A DNA stretch of 63,784 nt, filler included, from Octopus bimaculoides (Eukaryota): assembly GCF_001194135.2 (NCBI RefSeq). It is 6 parts of 5 records of this genome, joined end to end, with 100 filler letters (N's around TTAATTAATTAA, not from the genome) between each part and the next. Parts side by side here need not be neighbours in the genome. Positions count along the whole stretch, not along the records: positions 1 to 19,390 come from NC_068993.1; 5 more parts are not named here. One strand, given 5' to 3'. Of the stretch, positions 1-10,647 are shown piece by piece; position 1 is the first letter of the stretch, and each line of letters opens with the position of its first letter. The notes under the pieces were generated by a model, which saw nothing but the letters and a program-made list of their open reading frames with translations, did not search any database and was not told the DNA's origin. The position numbers were made by a program, and so were the translations under genes.

Positions 1-740
1 AGATATATATATATATATATATCACGAACACTCCTGCTAATTTGGTTATACGAGAATCCATTTGATCAACTAAACTATTTATTTATCGAAATAACGATTG
101 AAGTAGCTGAGTATTCCTCAGACATGTGTGCCCTTAACGCAATCCTCACCTTAAGTAACAAGTCTGTGTAGACCTTTGACTTGCCCAGCTACATACATAT
201 ATTCTAACAGACGATACAACCAAGTAAGTGCCATCCACAACCATCGAAAATCACTTCATTACATCTCAAACACATACCAATCGAAACCCTTTCATGCCCA
301 AGATAGTCCCTTGTTACCACAATACACAACAATAAGATAAGTGTGTATATATATGTAAATAATTAAGTATCTAAGTCTTCCCCTATGTATAACTGCAACA
401 AAAAATATATAAACAATTGCATCTTCAATAAACAACTCTTCTATTTATTTAAATTCATTGATATAAAAAAATTATTGGTTAAATTAGCTAATAATAATAT
501 TCTATATTTACTGTTTTCTAGGAGGAATAATTCCGTGATAGATATGAATAGAAACCAAACCTTGTTTACTTAACTTATCGTAGGGAGAATTCCGTAATAA
601 ACATTAATATAGACTTAAGGATGTAAATGCGATCACCAAAGTACCCCATAGATATATATATTTTTGCTATAGTAATGGTGATCAAATTTACTAATTTTTC
701 AGTGGTAATCAGATTTGAAGTTAATTAAATAATGATTATT

Positions 741-1013
741 ATTCGTATATTATGGCTAAAAGTGGATTAACGGATTGCTAAAAATAAAGAACTGTGCAAA
801 CTGTTAGCGGCAGTTGACAGTGTTGGTCGACCGTTTTGGTTACTGTGTTAATGTGACGTGTGTTGGTTTAATATCCTACCTACGTTCGAGTAGTACGGAG
901 CGTATTTTCTGTGAACATAGTAATTCTGCAATAGATTATTTTAGATAACCACATCCAAATATTTATTTGGGTGAAACTATTTTACACCAGGCGTGTACAC
1001 GCATGTCATAACA
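741..1013 (+). repeat. 5' LTR of the Gypsy element
   Basis: Near-ungapped match of 781-1013 to 3361-3592. Ends ...GTCATAACA, followed by TTTT and the PBS. Confidence 0.88.
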
Positions 1014-1017
1014 TTTT

Positions 1018-1027
1018 TGGTGACGAG
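1018..1027 (+). promoter_or_regulatory. Primer-binding site, probably tRNA-Ser(GCT)
   Basis: TGGTGACGAG is one transition from TGGCGACGAG, the complement of the tRNA-Ser(GCT) 3' end as I recall it. It lies 4 nt after the LTR end. Confidence 0.7.
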
Positions 1028-1066
1028 ATTATTCGAAGCTCATGCTGGATAGATTGTTGTTTGAAC

Positions 1067-3268
1067 ATGGAAAGTTTACAAGTTTCGGTAATACAATTAC
1101 AGCAGCAAAAGGAACAAGAGTTGTTGGAATCACTGAAACAGCAACAGCAACAACAGCAGCAGCAACATCAACAGCAGCAGCAACATCAACAGCAGCAAGC
1201 AGCAGCAACAACAGAAGCAGTAGCAGTTGTTGGAATTTCAAAACTACAACTCTTAGTACAACTGATACACAAGAAAACAGAAATGCATCTGACGCAATCG
1301 CAAACTCCAACAGAGAGTACTGCTTTTCCTGCTTGCTTTAGAAGGTATGAGAACATTTTAAAGACGAGAAAAAAACTCGACTTTTATTGAGTAAGGCGAG
1401 CATGAGAAATATTGAAATTACATATTACCAAAGAGACAGGGTGAAGTCTGTTTTGAATACAATGTGGATATTTTATAACAGATTTTCAGCGAAAAATGCC
1501 CTTTATTTAATACGTTTTGACAATGCATGAATATTACAAAAAAAAAAAAAAAAAGTAAGAGGACAATAATTTTACTACATACCCTGGAATTGGAAATTCG
1601 TAACTGAATTCTGACTAAATTAAAGCAGAATCAAAATCTAACACTACAAGAAATGTCTGAGGAATGCCAGAGAATAATAAACCTAAGACACGATATGGAA
1701 CAAATTGAAGTGAAAAATTGCCCTGATATGCAGTCAATGCGACCGAAAGTAAGAAATGAAAAGCAAAAATTAACCCATGTTTTGGATGTGGAAAATTACA
1801 CTACAGATTCGACTGTCCTTATAAAAATCGAAAATGCTTCAAATGTGATAAAATAGGTCATTAAAAAATCACACTGTAAAACAATGCCTAAAAAACAGTT
1901 CAACAGAAAAAATCATATGAGCAGTTTGTCGGCGACAAGAAATAGAAACGAGACTCAAAGGAAATTTGTGTGTAAAAATAATACAAATTTAAAATTACAG
2001 TTAGATACTGGGGCATTAAAAAGAACGGAAAAAGAAAATAAAAATATTTTATGTAATATCATACATGAATTACCAGTTACATTACAAGACAAAATTAAAA
2101 GCGGAAAGCGATCAATTTCTTAAACAAATGAAAGAAATGCTGAGGGCTGAAAAAGAAATAAAAGTATGCGTTTTGCAGAACGCAACACAAATTCGAACCT
2201 GTTCTCAATTTGCGACAATGTGTTAATGTACAAACAAAGAGTCGCAATGCAGTTACACTACAGAAGTGATTACTGAAGGAATTTCACATTGACCACCCAA
2301 GGATTTCGAGAATGAAATCGCTAATGAGAAATTGTGTGTATTGGCTAAGAATGGAACGTGTCATTGCAGAACTAGTGAAAGCAAGCAGAGGATGTGCTCT
2401 AGCAGCAAAATCACATCCCATAAAATGGCAACCGAGGCCAAAAACAGATATCTCATGGTCGAGACTGCATGTTGATTAGGCAGGTCCACTTAACGGTTCA
2501 TATTACCTTGTTGTGGTAGACAGTTTTTCTAAGTGACCTGAAGTGCATAAGTGTAAAAAGCCGACATCCGCGATTACAGTAAGTTTTTTACACGAATTGT
2601 TCGCCAGATAAGGTATTCATGATATCATTGTGTCTGATAATAGAAGTCAGTTTATTTCAGACAAGTTACAAAAATTTTGTAAAATGTTCACTATCGAACG
2701 TGTGACCATCCTGCCGTATCATCCTATGGACAAGCATAGCGTTTCGTCGATACTTTTAAGAGGGCTTCAAAAAAGGCGGACAATGAAGTAACGGATGACT
2801 TAAAACTTCAACAATTTCTAAGAATATACCGAGTAACACCTAATCTCAATACCGCGTCTAGAATGTCACCTGCGGAATAAGTGCTCGCTAGAAAGATTAG
2901 GTCTGTTTTTGACAAGTTGTTACCGAGTGAAAAAAGAAAAATGGCGAACAATAAATAGGTGACAAAGTCTTCTTTGAAATGTATAGAAATGGTATAGAAA
3001 TGTGCGAGGACGGTGTCATTATTAAATAAATTGGAAAAGTGTTATTCTTGGTAAAAGGTAAAAATTTCGAACATAAAAGACATATAAAACCAACTTAAAA
3101 AAAGATTTACAGAAAAAATGGTCGCGTGATGTGAAGTTCTGATGGAAGTGTTTTATGATACATTTGAGGTACCAGCACCTAAACAAATTGAAACTACATA
3201 TACAAGTACCAGAAAAAGGAAAAGCACAGAAGTACTGGAATTAGACCCTAAACGTAAAAGACATTAAA
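1067..3268 (+). pseudogene. gag-protease-(RT/RNase H deleted)-integrase polyprotein remnant
   Basis: Starts MESLQ... with a polyQ tract, then FPACFRRYENI (gag), the DTG protease motif, HHCC and rve motifs. Multiple stops and frameshifts; ends PKRKRH*. Confidence 0.88.
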
Positions 3269-3302
3269 CTTCGGATGGAGTTTAATTCTGAAAAAAGGGA
3301 GA

Positions 3303-3592
3303 TGTTATGTGAGAATCCTATACACTCCTACGTGACTGGAAGAGGACGAACGTATTGCAATAAATAAAGAACTATGTGAACTGTCAGCGGCAGTTGACAG
3401 TGTTGGTCAACAGTATTGGTTACAGAATTAGTGCAACGTGTGTTGGTTTAATATCCTACCTACTTTCGTGTAGTACGGAGTGCGTTCTCTGTCATCATAA
3501 TGATTCTGCGATAGGTTAATTTAGATAACCACATCCAAATAATTATTTGAGAATACTAATTTACACCAGACGTGTATACCCACGTCATAACA
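3303..3592 (+). repeat. 3' LTR of the Gypsy element
   Basis: TG...CA, 290 bp, immediately after the polypurine tract. Confidence 0.92.
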
Positions 3593-3800
3593 ATTTAGAT
3601 TATGGATTGTGAATCCAAAAACCTGATATAGAACTCAATATACTTATGTTTCAGAACGAAGTGTTGGCTGAGGAATATAATGCGGTATTAAGGAAGAGAG
3701 ATGACAAAGATGACAAAGGAATAAATGATTATCTTAAGATAATAATTTAGTCTTTTTCATCTCTCTTTCTTATGTGTGTGTGTATATATATATATATCTA

Positions 3801-4210
3801 CTCTTTTACTCTTCTACTTGTTTCAGTCATTTGACTGTAGCCATGCTGGAGCACTGCCTTTAGTCGAGCAAATCGACCCCAGGACTTATTCTTTGTAAGC
3901 CTAGTACTTATTCTATCGGTCTCTTTTGCCGAACCGCTAAGTTACGGGGACATAAACACACCAGCATCGGTTGTCAAGCGATGTTGGGGGACAAACACAG
4001 ACACATACACACACACATACTTATACATATGTATATACATATATACGACGGGCTTCTTTCAGTTTCCGCCTACCAAATCCACTCACAAGGCTTTGGTCGG
4101 CCCGAGGCTACAGTAGAAGATACTTGCCCAAGATGCCACGCAGTGGGATTGAACCCGGAACCATGTGGTTGGTAAGCAAGCTACTTACCACACAGCCACT
4201 CCTGCGCCTA
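3801..4210 (-). mobile_element. tRNA-derived SINE family A (octopus OK/OR-type, CORE-like centre), full length
   Basis: Minus strand has A box TGGCTGTGTGG and B box GGTTCAATCCC, a central TTGGGCAAGT motif, an internal CA/TA microsatellite and a GAAACAAGT...AAAAGAG tail. Near-identical copies at 43041 and 44893. Confidence 0.88.
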
Positions 4211-4833
4211 TATATACATACATTATAAAAAACACGAAAAAAAACTGAGAAAGTAGCGTATAGAGAATGCAGAAGGTACAAAAAATTAAAAGGCTGGAAA
4301 GATAACAAGTTAATTAGGGATAGGCAGAATTTTCCAATTCTTCAAAAATATATTTATACATATGCTTGCAATCACTGATAATCTCTGACATAGAGTTCAG
4401 TAAAGAATTATGACTTTTAGATATGAACAGCTGAACAAAGTCTACTTTTATTCGATCCATTAACATGTGTTTCGTTATCTTTCAAACTCAATACTTAGCT
4501 AGCCAACTTAGCCTTACTTTTGTCGTCATGTCGGAATAAGGTTATGCGATTCGCATAGTGATTTCTAAATTCTCCTTCACATAAACCAATAGAGGTCTTC
4601 TTATCTGTTGTATTATTATTTAAGGCTGCAGTCATTTTTTTTAGTTCGTTATGATATGTGGTTTGAAATATTTCTCAACATATGAAACTGTTAGTAACAC
4701 TTAAAGACATGTATTGTGTCCTTTAAATAAATAATATTTATCTCTCACAGAAATGGAGTACTTTTTTGCTGAATTTTCTATCACGGAACAGTACATTATA
4801 TTATGTTGTGTGTGTGTGTGTGTGTATGTATTT

Positions 4834-4864
<31 letters not shown>

Positions 4865-5841
4865 NNNNNNNNNNNNNNNNNNNNNNNNNNNNNNNNNNNN
4901 NNNNNNNNNNNNNNNNNNNNNNNNNNNNNNNNNNNNNNNNNNNNNNNNNNNNNNNNNNNNNNNNNNNNNNNNNNNNNNNNNNNNNNNNNNNNNNNNNNNN
5001 NNNNNNNNNNNNNNNNNNNNNNNNNAACGACCCTTCATCAGTTGTCGGCTGTTTTTCTAATTCGTATTTCGAGCAATTCGCGACAAGATACGTCTTTGCT
5101 ACAAAAGTCGCTCATGCAAAGCAAATTAAATAAAATTTGGGATTTTGCAGAGGGTCAAGAGTGGTGACAAAAACAGGACAGTGAAAACAAACAGGAAGGG
5201 CTGCTAAGCCTGAACAAGGTTGTGGTGGCGAACGCGAAGAAACAAGCTTGGACAGGAGACAGAGAACAGTACGTCTTCCTTGACCAGCTGCAACAGGAAG
5301 AAAGAAGCACAAGTTAGGAGAAGAAAGAAAAATGGCCGTGAGAGCCACCTTAGTAAAGGAGGAAGAGTGAGGGAGAGAGAGTGACAGACAGAGAACTGTG
5401 AAGAGGAGAGGAAAAGATTTGGAGATAAGATAAGAGAGAAAAATTCAGGGAGAAGGGGAGGTAAAAGAATAAGAGAAAGGAAGGGAGAAAACGAAAGAGT
5501 AATAGGAAGAATAGAATCGCATCAGAATTATTAAGGTAAAACTTACTTGGAAAAGTATGCATGGCGTTCAATCATATAATAATATATGCAAACACACACA
5601 GACACACACAGACACACACATATAGAAAATTAATAATTATATATATATATTTATATAATTATATTAAAGGAATCAGGAAATAACCTTCTCCAACATGCTG
5701 AAAGAAGACGTCAAAGGCACTAGAAAGCCACGGTTGTAAATCCTACAATCACACGGGTTGTGAGCGAGCAAATGAAAAATGCAAAAATAAAACTTCACGG
5801 TAAATTGTGTATTGAGTCCAAATTTTAAAGCAGTAAAAATA

Positions 5842-6183
5842 GCTTATTTCCCCATCTTCAGCATAATATTCAAAGAAACATAATCATAGATATTTATACA
5901 TACCCATACGAAGCAAAAGCGTATATCCACATACAAATATCTGTGCTTATACATCAGATAAAGTCAAATTGTTACTTTTCATTTCAGCCGTGTGTTTTTT
6001 AACCTGATCGAAATCGTATTTCCTGCGAGGCTATTTCGGTTAAATGAAAAGTAAAAATTTGACTTTATCTGATGCATAAGCACAGATAATTGTATATGTA
6101 CGTACGCCTTTGCTTCGTATGGGCATGTATACATATCTGTGATTATGTTTCTTGGAATATTGTGCTGAAGATGGGAAATAAGC
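5842..6183. mobile_element. Fold-back / MITE-like element with ~148-bp inverted arms
   Basis: 5842-5990 is the reverse complement of 6037-6183 with scattered mismatches; 46-nt spacer. No TSD seen. Confidence 0.8.
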
Positions 6184-6614
6184 AGTTGAGCACTGAGGTC
6201 GATATAATCAACTTTCCCTTACCCCGAATTGCTGGCCTTGTGCCAACATTTGAAGCCAATATGATGCCTGATGACGTAAGATAATAATAGATCCATACAA
6301 TTCTTGTGAAATAAACACCTTAAAGCATTCGTTTCTCCATGTGTGTTGTATAAGTATATAAATATAAATGTCTGTGCCGATACCAATTGATTGGTTGTGT
6401 ATACTTTTATTCTATTAAACTCAGAAAATCCTATGTTCCGTCTTGAAACGAGCACTTCTTAAACTGCACTTGACTTTATTCCCAGACATTTTTCTGCTTG
6501 AAAATGTCTGTAACACCTGGAGTAGGGTCTGATAGTCCAAAGTCGGACTAACTAGTCACATGAGATCTCATGGCAATATTCTACAAAGAAATGGCTATTA
6601 ACACATCATCACGA

Positions 6615-6662
<48 letters not shown>

Positions 6663-6734
6663 NNNNNNNNNNNNNNNNNNNNNNNNNNNNNNNNNNNNNN
6701 NNNNNNNNNNNNNNNNNNNNNNNNNNNNNNNNTA

Positions 6735-6890
6735 CGTATAAGAAGGGATGACCACTAAGTGGACTTCCGATATGCTAGAAAGAGGTCATCAACGACCCAG
6801 CCACAAAGAAAAATAAAGAAAGGGTTGGGTCGTTGATGACCTCTTTCTAGCATATCGGATGTCCACTTAGTGGTCATCCCTTCTTATACG
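6735..6890. repeat. 68-bp inverted repeat (2 mismatches, 20-nt A-rich loop) within a dispersed repeat
   Basis: 6735-6802 pairs with 6823-6890. The right arm plus flank (6830-6990) recurs in reverse orientation at ~41325-41490. Confidence 0.85.
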
Positions 6891-6984
6891 CATGTAATAC
6901 AATTTTTCTGAATTTTCACATTTTTTATATGCTAGGCCACTTGGTTAATTGGTTAATTGATGTTAATATTCAATTTATCACCCT

Positions 6985-7127
<143 letters not shown>

Positions 7128-7434
7128 CACACATATTTGTGTTTGTATGTGTATGTAGGTTTGGAGAGATATATCATCCGGGTGAATACTGCTGTGGCTC
7201 TCAGTTATGTTCCAGATTTCGGCTAACCACATCCATCTATATTTAACGTCTATGACTACTATTACTTGTCAGTCACTGTGCAAATTCCACCGATGTGTAA
7301 TTTCGTGTTTGCTTCACTGGACGGTAATATTAATAATAATTATAAATAACGATATAGAACATGGAGACTTGATCGTCTTCAAAATTTATGTCCTGTTATT
7401 TTACAATTTCATACACTATATATTTAAGGTCTTC

Positions 7435-7522
7435 ATGACCTACATGTGTTTCCACCTCACAGATAACGGGCAGCTGCAAATGGAGCCTGGCACAATTTTC
7501 GGTGCAGCTTTTTGAGAGTCTA
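7435..7522 (-). ncRNA. Degenerate hammerhead ribozyme in the inverted pLTR
   Basis: Minus strand: GACT ctcaaaa (damaged CUGANGA) AGCTGCAC...GTGAGGTG GAAAC ACAT GTA GGTC. GAAAC, the GUA triplet and a 4-bp stem I are retained. Confidence 0.5.
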
Positions 7523-8642
7523 TCCATTTGGTTAGTTTCGAAGCGAACTGAGTGGAGCTAATAACGGAAAGAACTAGGATATTAAACTAAAAATAACACG
7601 CGCTACAATGAAGGAGGGTAGAAATCTAAGAACCAGCAGTCAAAGGTATACAACTCTCAAAACATACCAATACCTCCTCAGAACAGGGAGTGCAAACCGC
7701 TAGAAATACCAGCACACAAGCACCTATGCATAGAAAGCTTAGAAGTAATACTACACCGATAGAAACGAGGACACCAGAGACTTCTAGTAGGGGCCATAAC
7801 ACGATAAATAATAGAAACAAGGATTTCGGTCTGTACAACTGTGCTAAGGATGCAGTATGCCCGTTAAATTCAAGATGTTTGAGGAAAAATCTGGTCTATA
7901 CATGCAAAATCACTTTTGAGGGAAGGACGCACGTTTATGTAGGGACAAACTCTCTTAAGAGAGAAGGCTGGCTAATCACTTAAATTCTTTTAGAAATAGA
8001 AAAAAGATGAATAATACTAGCCTAAGCAAACTAATCTGGTTAGTTAAAGACAGGACCCATAGCTATACTATAAAGTGGGAGATAATTAGTACAGCTAAAC
8101 CATATTGAGCAGGGGAAATAGATGTGACTTATATATAGAAGAATTATACCAAATATTTAGATCGAGAAACACATTACTTAATACCAGACTTGAAAAGGCT
8201 CCAAGGTGCTTACACAAACACAAGACTTTTAAAAAATTTAAAGAATGTTCTGGCTAACCAACGTCCTACCCACAGTTGAGTGTGAAAGGATGGATAGAAG
8301 AACATATCTTTAAACCCCCAAAACTCATGGCCCTCTTTAACAAACCTAGCATATACTCTATCGAATGTATACCGCAAAGCACACACAACGCAGTCAAGAA
8401 AACGAAAATATGAAGAACTAACATTACACCATAAGCACTATAAAGCTACAGCGTACAATACACAAGAAGCTCCGCGAAAATACTAGCATCAACCTTCACC
8501 TATTTAGACCGAACGCTGATTTCGGACAGCAATTGGTCAACCGCACAAGCCTACAAACAGATCAGATTTCAGTTTCAAAACCACAACCTATTCCCCACGA
8601 ACCCTATCTAACAAAAAACTAACTCCACTCAGTTCGCTTCGA

Positions 8643-8730
8643 TAGACACTGAAGAAGCTGCACCGAAAATCGTGCCACGATGCATCTGCAACTGTCCGTA
8701 GTCTGTGCAGTGCAAATACGCGTAGGCCAT
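8643..8730 (+). ncRNA. Degenerate hammerhead ribozyme in the 3' pLTR
   Basis: CTGAAGA (8649-8655), stem II CTGCAC/GTGCAG, then gcAAAT ACGC GTA with GAAA damaged. Homologous to the copy at 7435-7522. Confidence 0.55.
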
Positions 8731-9207
8731 AATGACCATAAAAATATGCTGTATAAAATTGTAAAATAAGAGGACATAAATTTTTAGGATGAACATTCGT
8801 CACATTCTATATCGNNNNNNNNNNNNNNNNNNNNNNNNNNNNNNNNNNNNNNNNNNNNNNNNNNNNNNNNNNNNNNNNNNNNNNNNNNNNNNNNNNNNNN
8901 NNNNNNNNNNNNNNNNNNNNNNNNNNNNNNNNNNNNNNNNNNNNNNNNNNNNNNNNNNNNNNNNNNNNNNNNNNNNNNNNNNNNNNNNNNNNNATATATA
9001 TAATAGATGTGTGTATTTTTCCCTTGTTAACAATTAACACGGAAAAATAGATAAATAGTTACCAGGGTAGAAGATGGTCACTCAAGTTAAAAGGTTGTAA
9101 CTCCTTTTTTTTTAAAGATAGAAACTCCGGGTTTACGTGAAATATTTTGTATAATATATATAAATAAATAAATGGAGTTAAACACAGATGCTATTCAAAT
9201 TCTTTTA

Positions 9208-9294
9208 CTTCCGACACATGTTTCGAAGATATCACTGGTATTATTCCAATGGAATAAAATTGTGTAAAACAATGTAATCTTCTCTTCAGAGAAA
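9208..9294 (-). ncRNA. Minimal type-I hammerhead ribozyme, core intact
   Basis: Minus strand: stem I TTTCT/GGAAG, CTGAAGA, stem II GAAGAT/ATCTTC with a branched loop, GAAAC, loop ATGT (palindrome ACATGT) and a GTC cleavage triplet. Confidence 0.85.
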
Positions 9295-9569
9295 TGGAGA
9301 AATGAAACTCGCGAATAAGACATTTTAACAGAATATGTTGGATATGTATAGTGATTAATTGAACGCTATTAAGTTTGTTTTAAAAAAATGTTAGAGGATA
9401 TAACGTCAAATGTAGCCTATAGAAAGAGGAAGGGTAAAGGAAAGAAAAAAAAACAAATAAATAAGGATATGTAAATTAAATAAAACCCTATAGTCTTGAA
9501 GAAGATATATCTAGTGAATGTGAAATGTAAGAAGAAAATTAATGTTTAAATTATATATAATGATATATT

Positions 9570-9959
9570 TCACTTATATGAACTAAAGGTGTGTTTCTGC
9601 CAATGTTTACATCGGTATGCACGCTCTATAACCATGTTTACAAGGGGATTATTAGAAAAAAGAATAAAAAATAGTTCAGAATTACTGAGAAGACAAAATT
9701 CCTTGCCTTTATCATAAGGTATCGAAATTGAGAGAATCAACCAATCTAAATTAAATTGTTTATTGTAGTCTTTTAGATACCAAATTGATTTACTAAGCCC
9801 TGTACTGTTACGTTTATTCCTATCCCTAAATGTAGAGTGATGATTAGAAGTTCTTTTAGATAACTGATAAGACGAGCTGCCTATATAAAAAAATACTTCA
9901 TTACCAGAAGTAATTTTATACTGGTATATAGAATATTTAATTTTAGAGTTACTTGACAT
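9570..9959 (-). pseudogene. PLE GIY-YIG endonuclease domain
   Basis: Open 129-aa frame with GIY/YIG-like, R..NH and TGLSK.IW motifs typical of PLE endonucleases. Confidence 0.85.
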
Positions 9960-10647
9960 AAACTTGATTCTGTTGTAATTGACTTCAGATACAATAACAT
10001 TGTTATTAATATTTCTAGGGGGATGGATGGTATTAGCTAAATTAATGTTAGTATTAGTAAATGTATCACTATTTAACAGGCTAATATTATGAGAGGAGTT
10101 AATTTGTAAGAATTTTTTGTGCTGGAAAATCCAGCCCTAACCGTGTGTGAGTTGATAATAGAGTAATACCTAGAATTTTTGGAAAATTCCTAATAATAGC
10201 ATCATGAAACTGCAAAGGAAGATTAGATTTAATTTACCTCCCATAAGGAATAAGTAACCAAATGGTTTTACTATTAGTTACCTTATTTTTAGTGTAACTA
10301 TCTTTCAAAGACAGATTTACCTTTAGAACGAAAATAGGGTATTAAACAAGGCCAAAAGAGGACGAAATAACCTGATCAGGTTGTGTTGAAAGTAGATGTG
10401 GCGGAGATTCTGCAACTGGCGATACATATGTTGTGCTTTTAGGCACAATATAATCACATGAGAATCTTTTTCTCTTGGTAAATATCGCAGTATTTGTGAG
10501 TTCTAACGCAATATACACTTTGGGTTGGTGAATACTTTAACTTACATACATACATACATACGTACGTACGTTTGTATAGAAAGACAGGTGTACGCACATA
10601 TGGATGCATGTATCTATGTATGTAGGTATGTATGTATATAATATATA

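Larger units (their letters stand above)
741..3592 (+). mobile_element. Ty3/Gypsy LTR retrotransposon (Mag/K02A2.6-like), internally deleted and degenerate
   Basis: Two LTRs (~741-1013 and 3303-3592, roughly 80-85% identical by eye; 3' LTR is TG...CA), PBS TGGTGACGAG at 1018-1027, PPT GAAAAAAGGGAGA at 3290-3302. Contains gag-like sequence, protease LKLQLDTGA (1989-2015), HHCC zinc finger and integrase core WSRLHVD*AGPLNGSYYLVVVDSFSK*PEV...IVSDN (~2456-2730). The 5' boundary is uncertain and no TSD was resolved. Confidence 0.93.
7350..8814 (+). mobile_element. Penelope-like element, 5'-truncated, GIY-YIG remnant flanked by inverted pseudo-LTRs
   Basis: Translates NCAKDAVCPLNSRCLRKNLVYTCKIT...YVGT, then after a frameshift SFRNRKKMNNTSLSKLIWLVK...KWEII (7836-8245). 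7350-7560 is an inverted copy of 8620-8814. Confidence 0.88.
9000..10440 (-). mobile_element. Penelope-like element (second family), 5'-truncated
   Basis: GIY-YIG ORF 9570-9959 (YSIYQY...FYIGSS...KRTSNHHSTFR...TGLSKSIWYLK...LDWLIL...RCKH). Upstream linker-like IWLLIPY...RNFP...INSHTVRAGFS. Hammerhead in the 3' region. Boundaries approximate. Confidence 0.87.

Noticed and set aside
6260-6335. CTGATGA...GAAA with possible stems
   Set aside because: No NUH triplet is correctly positioned before the stem I partner, and the pairing needs several wobbles and bulges.
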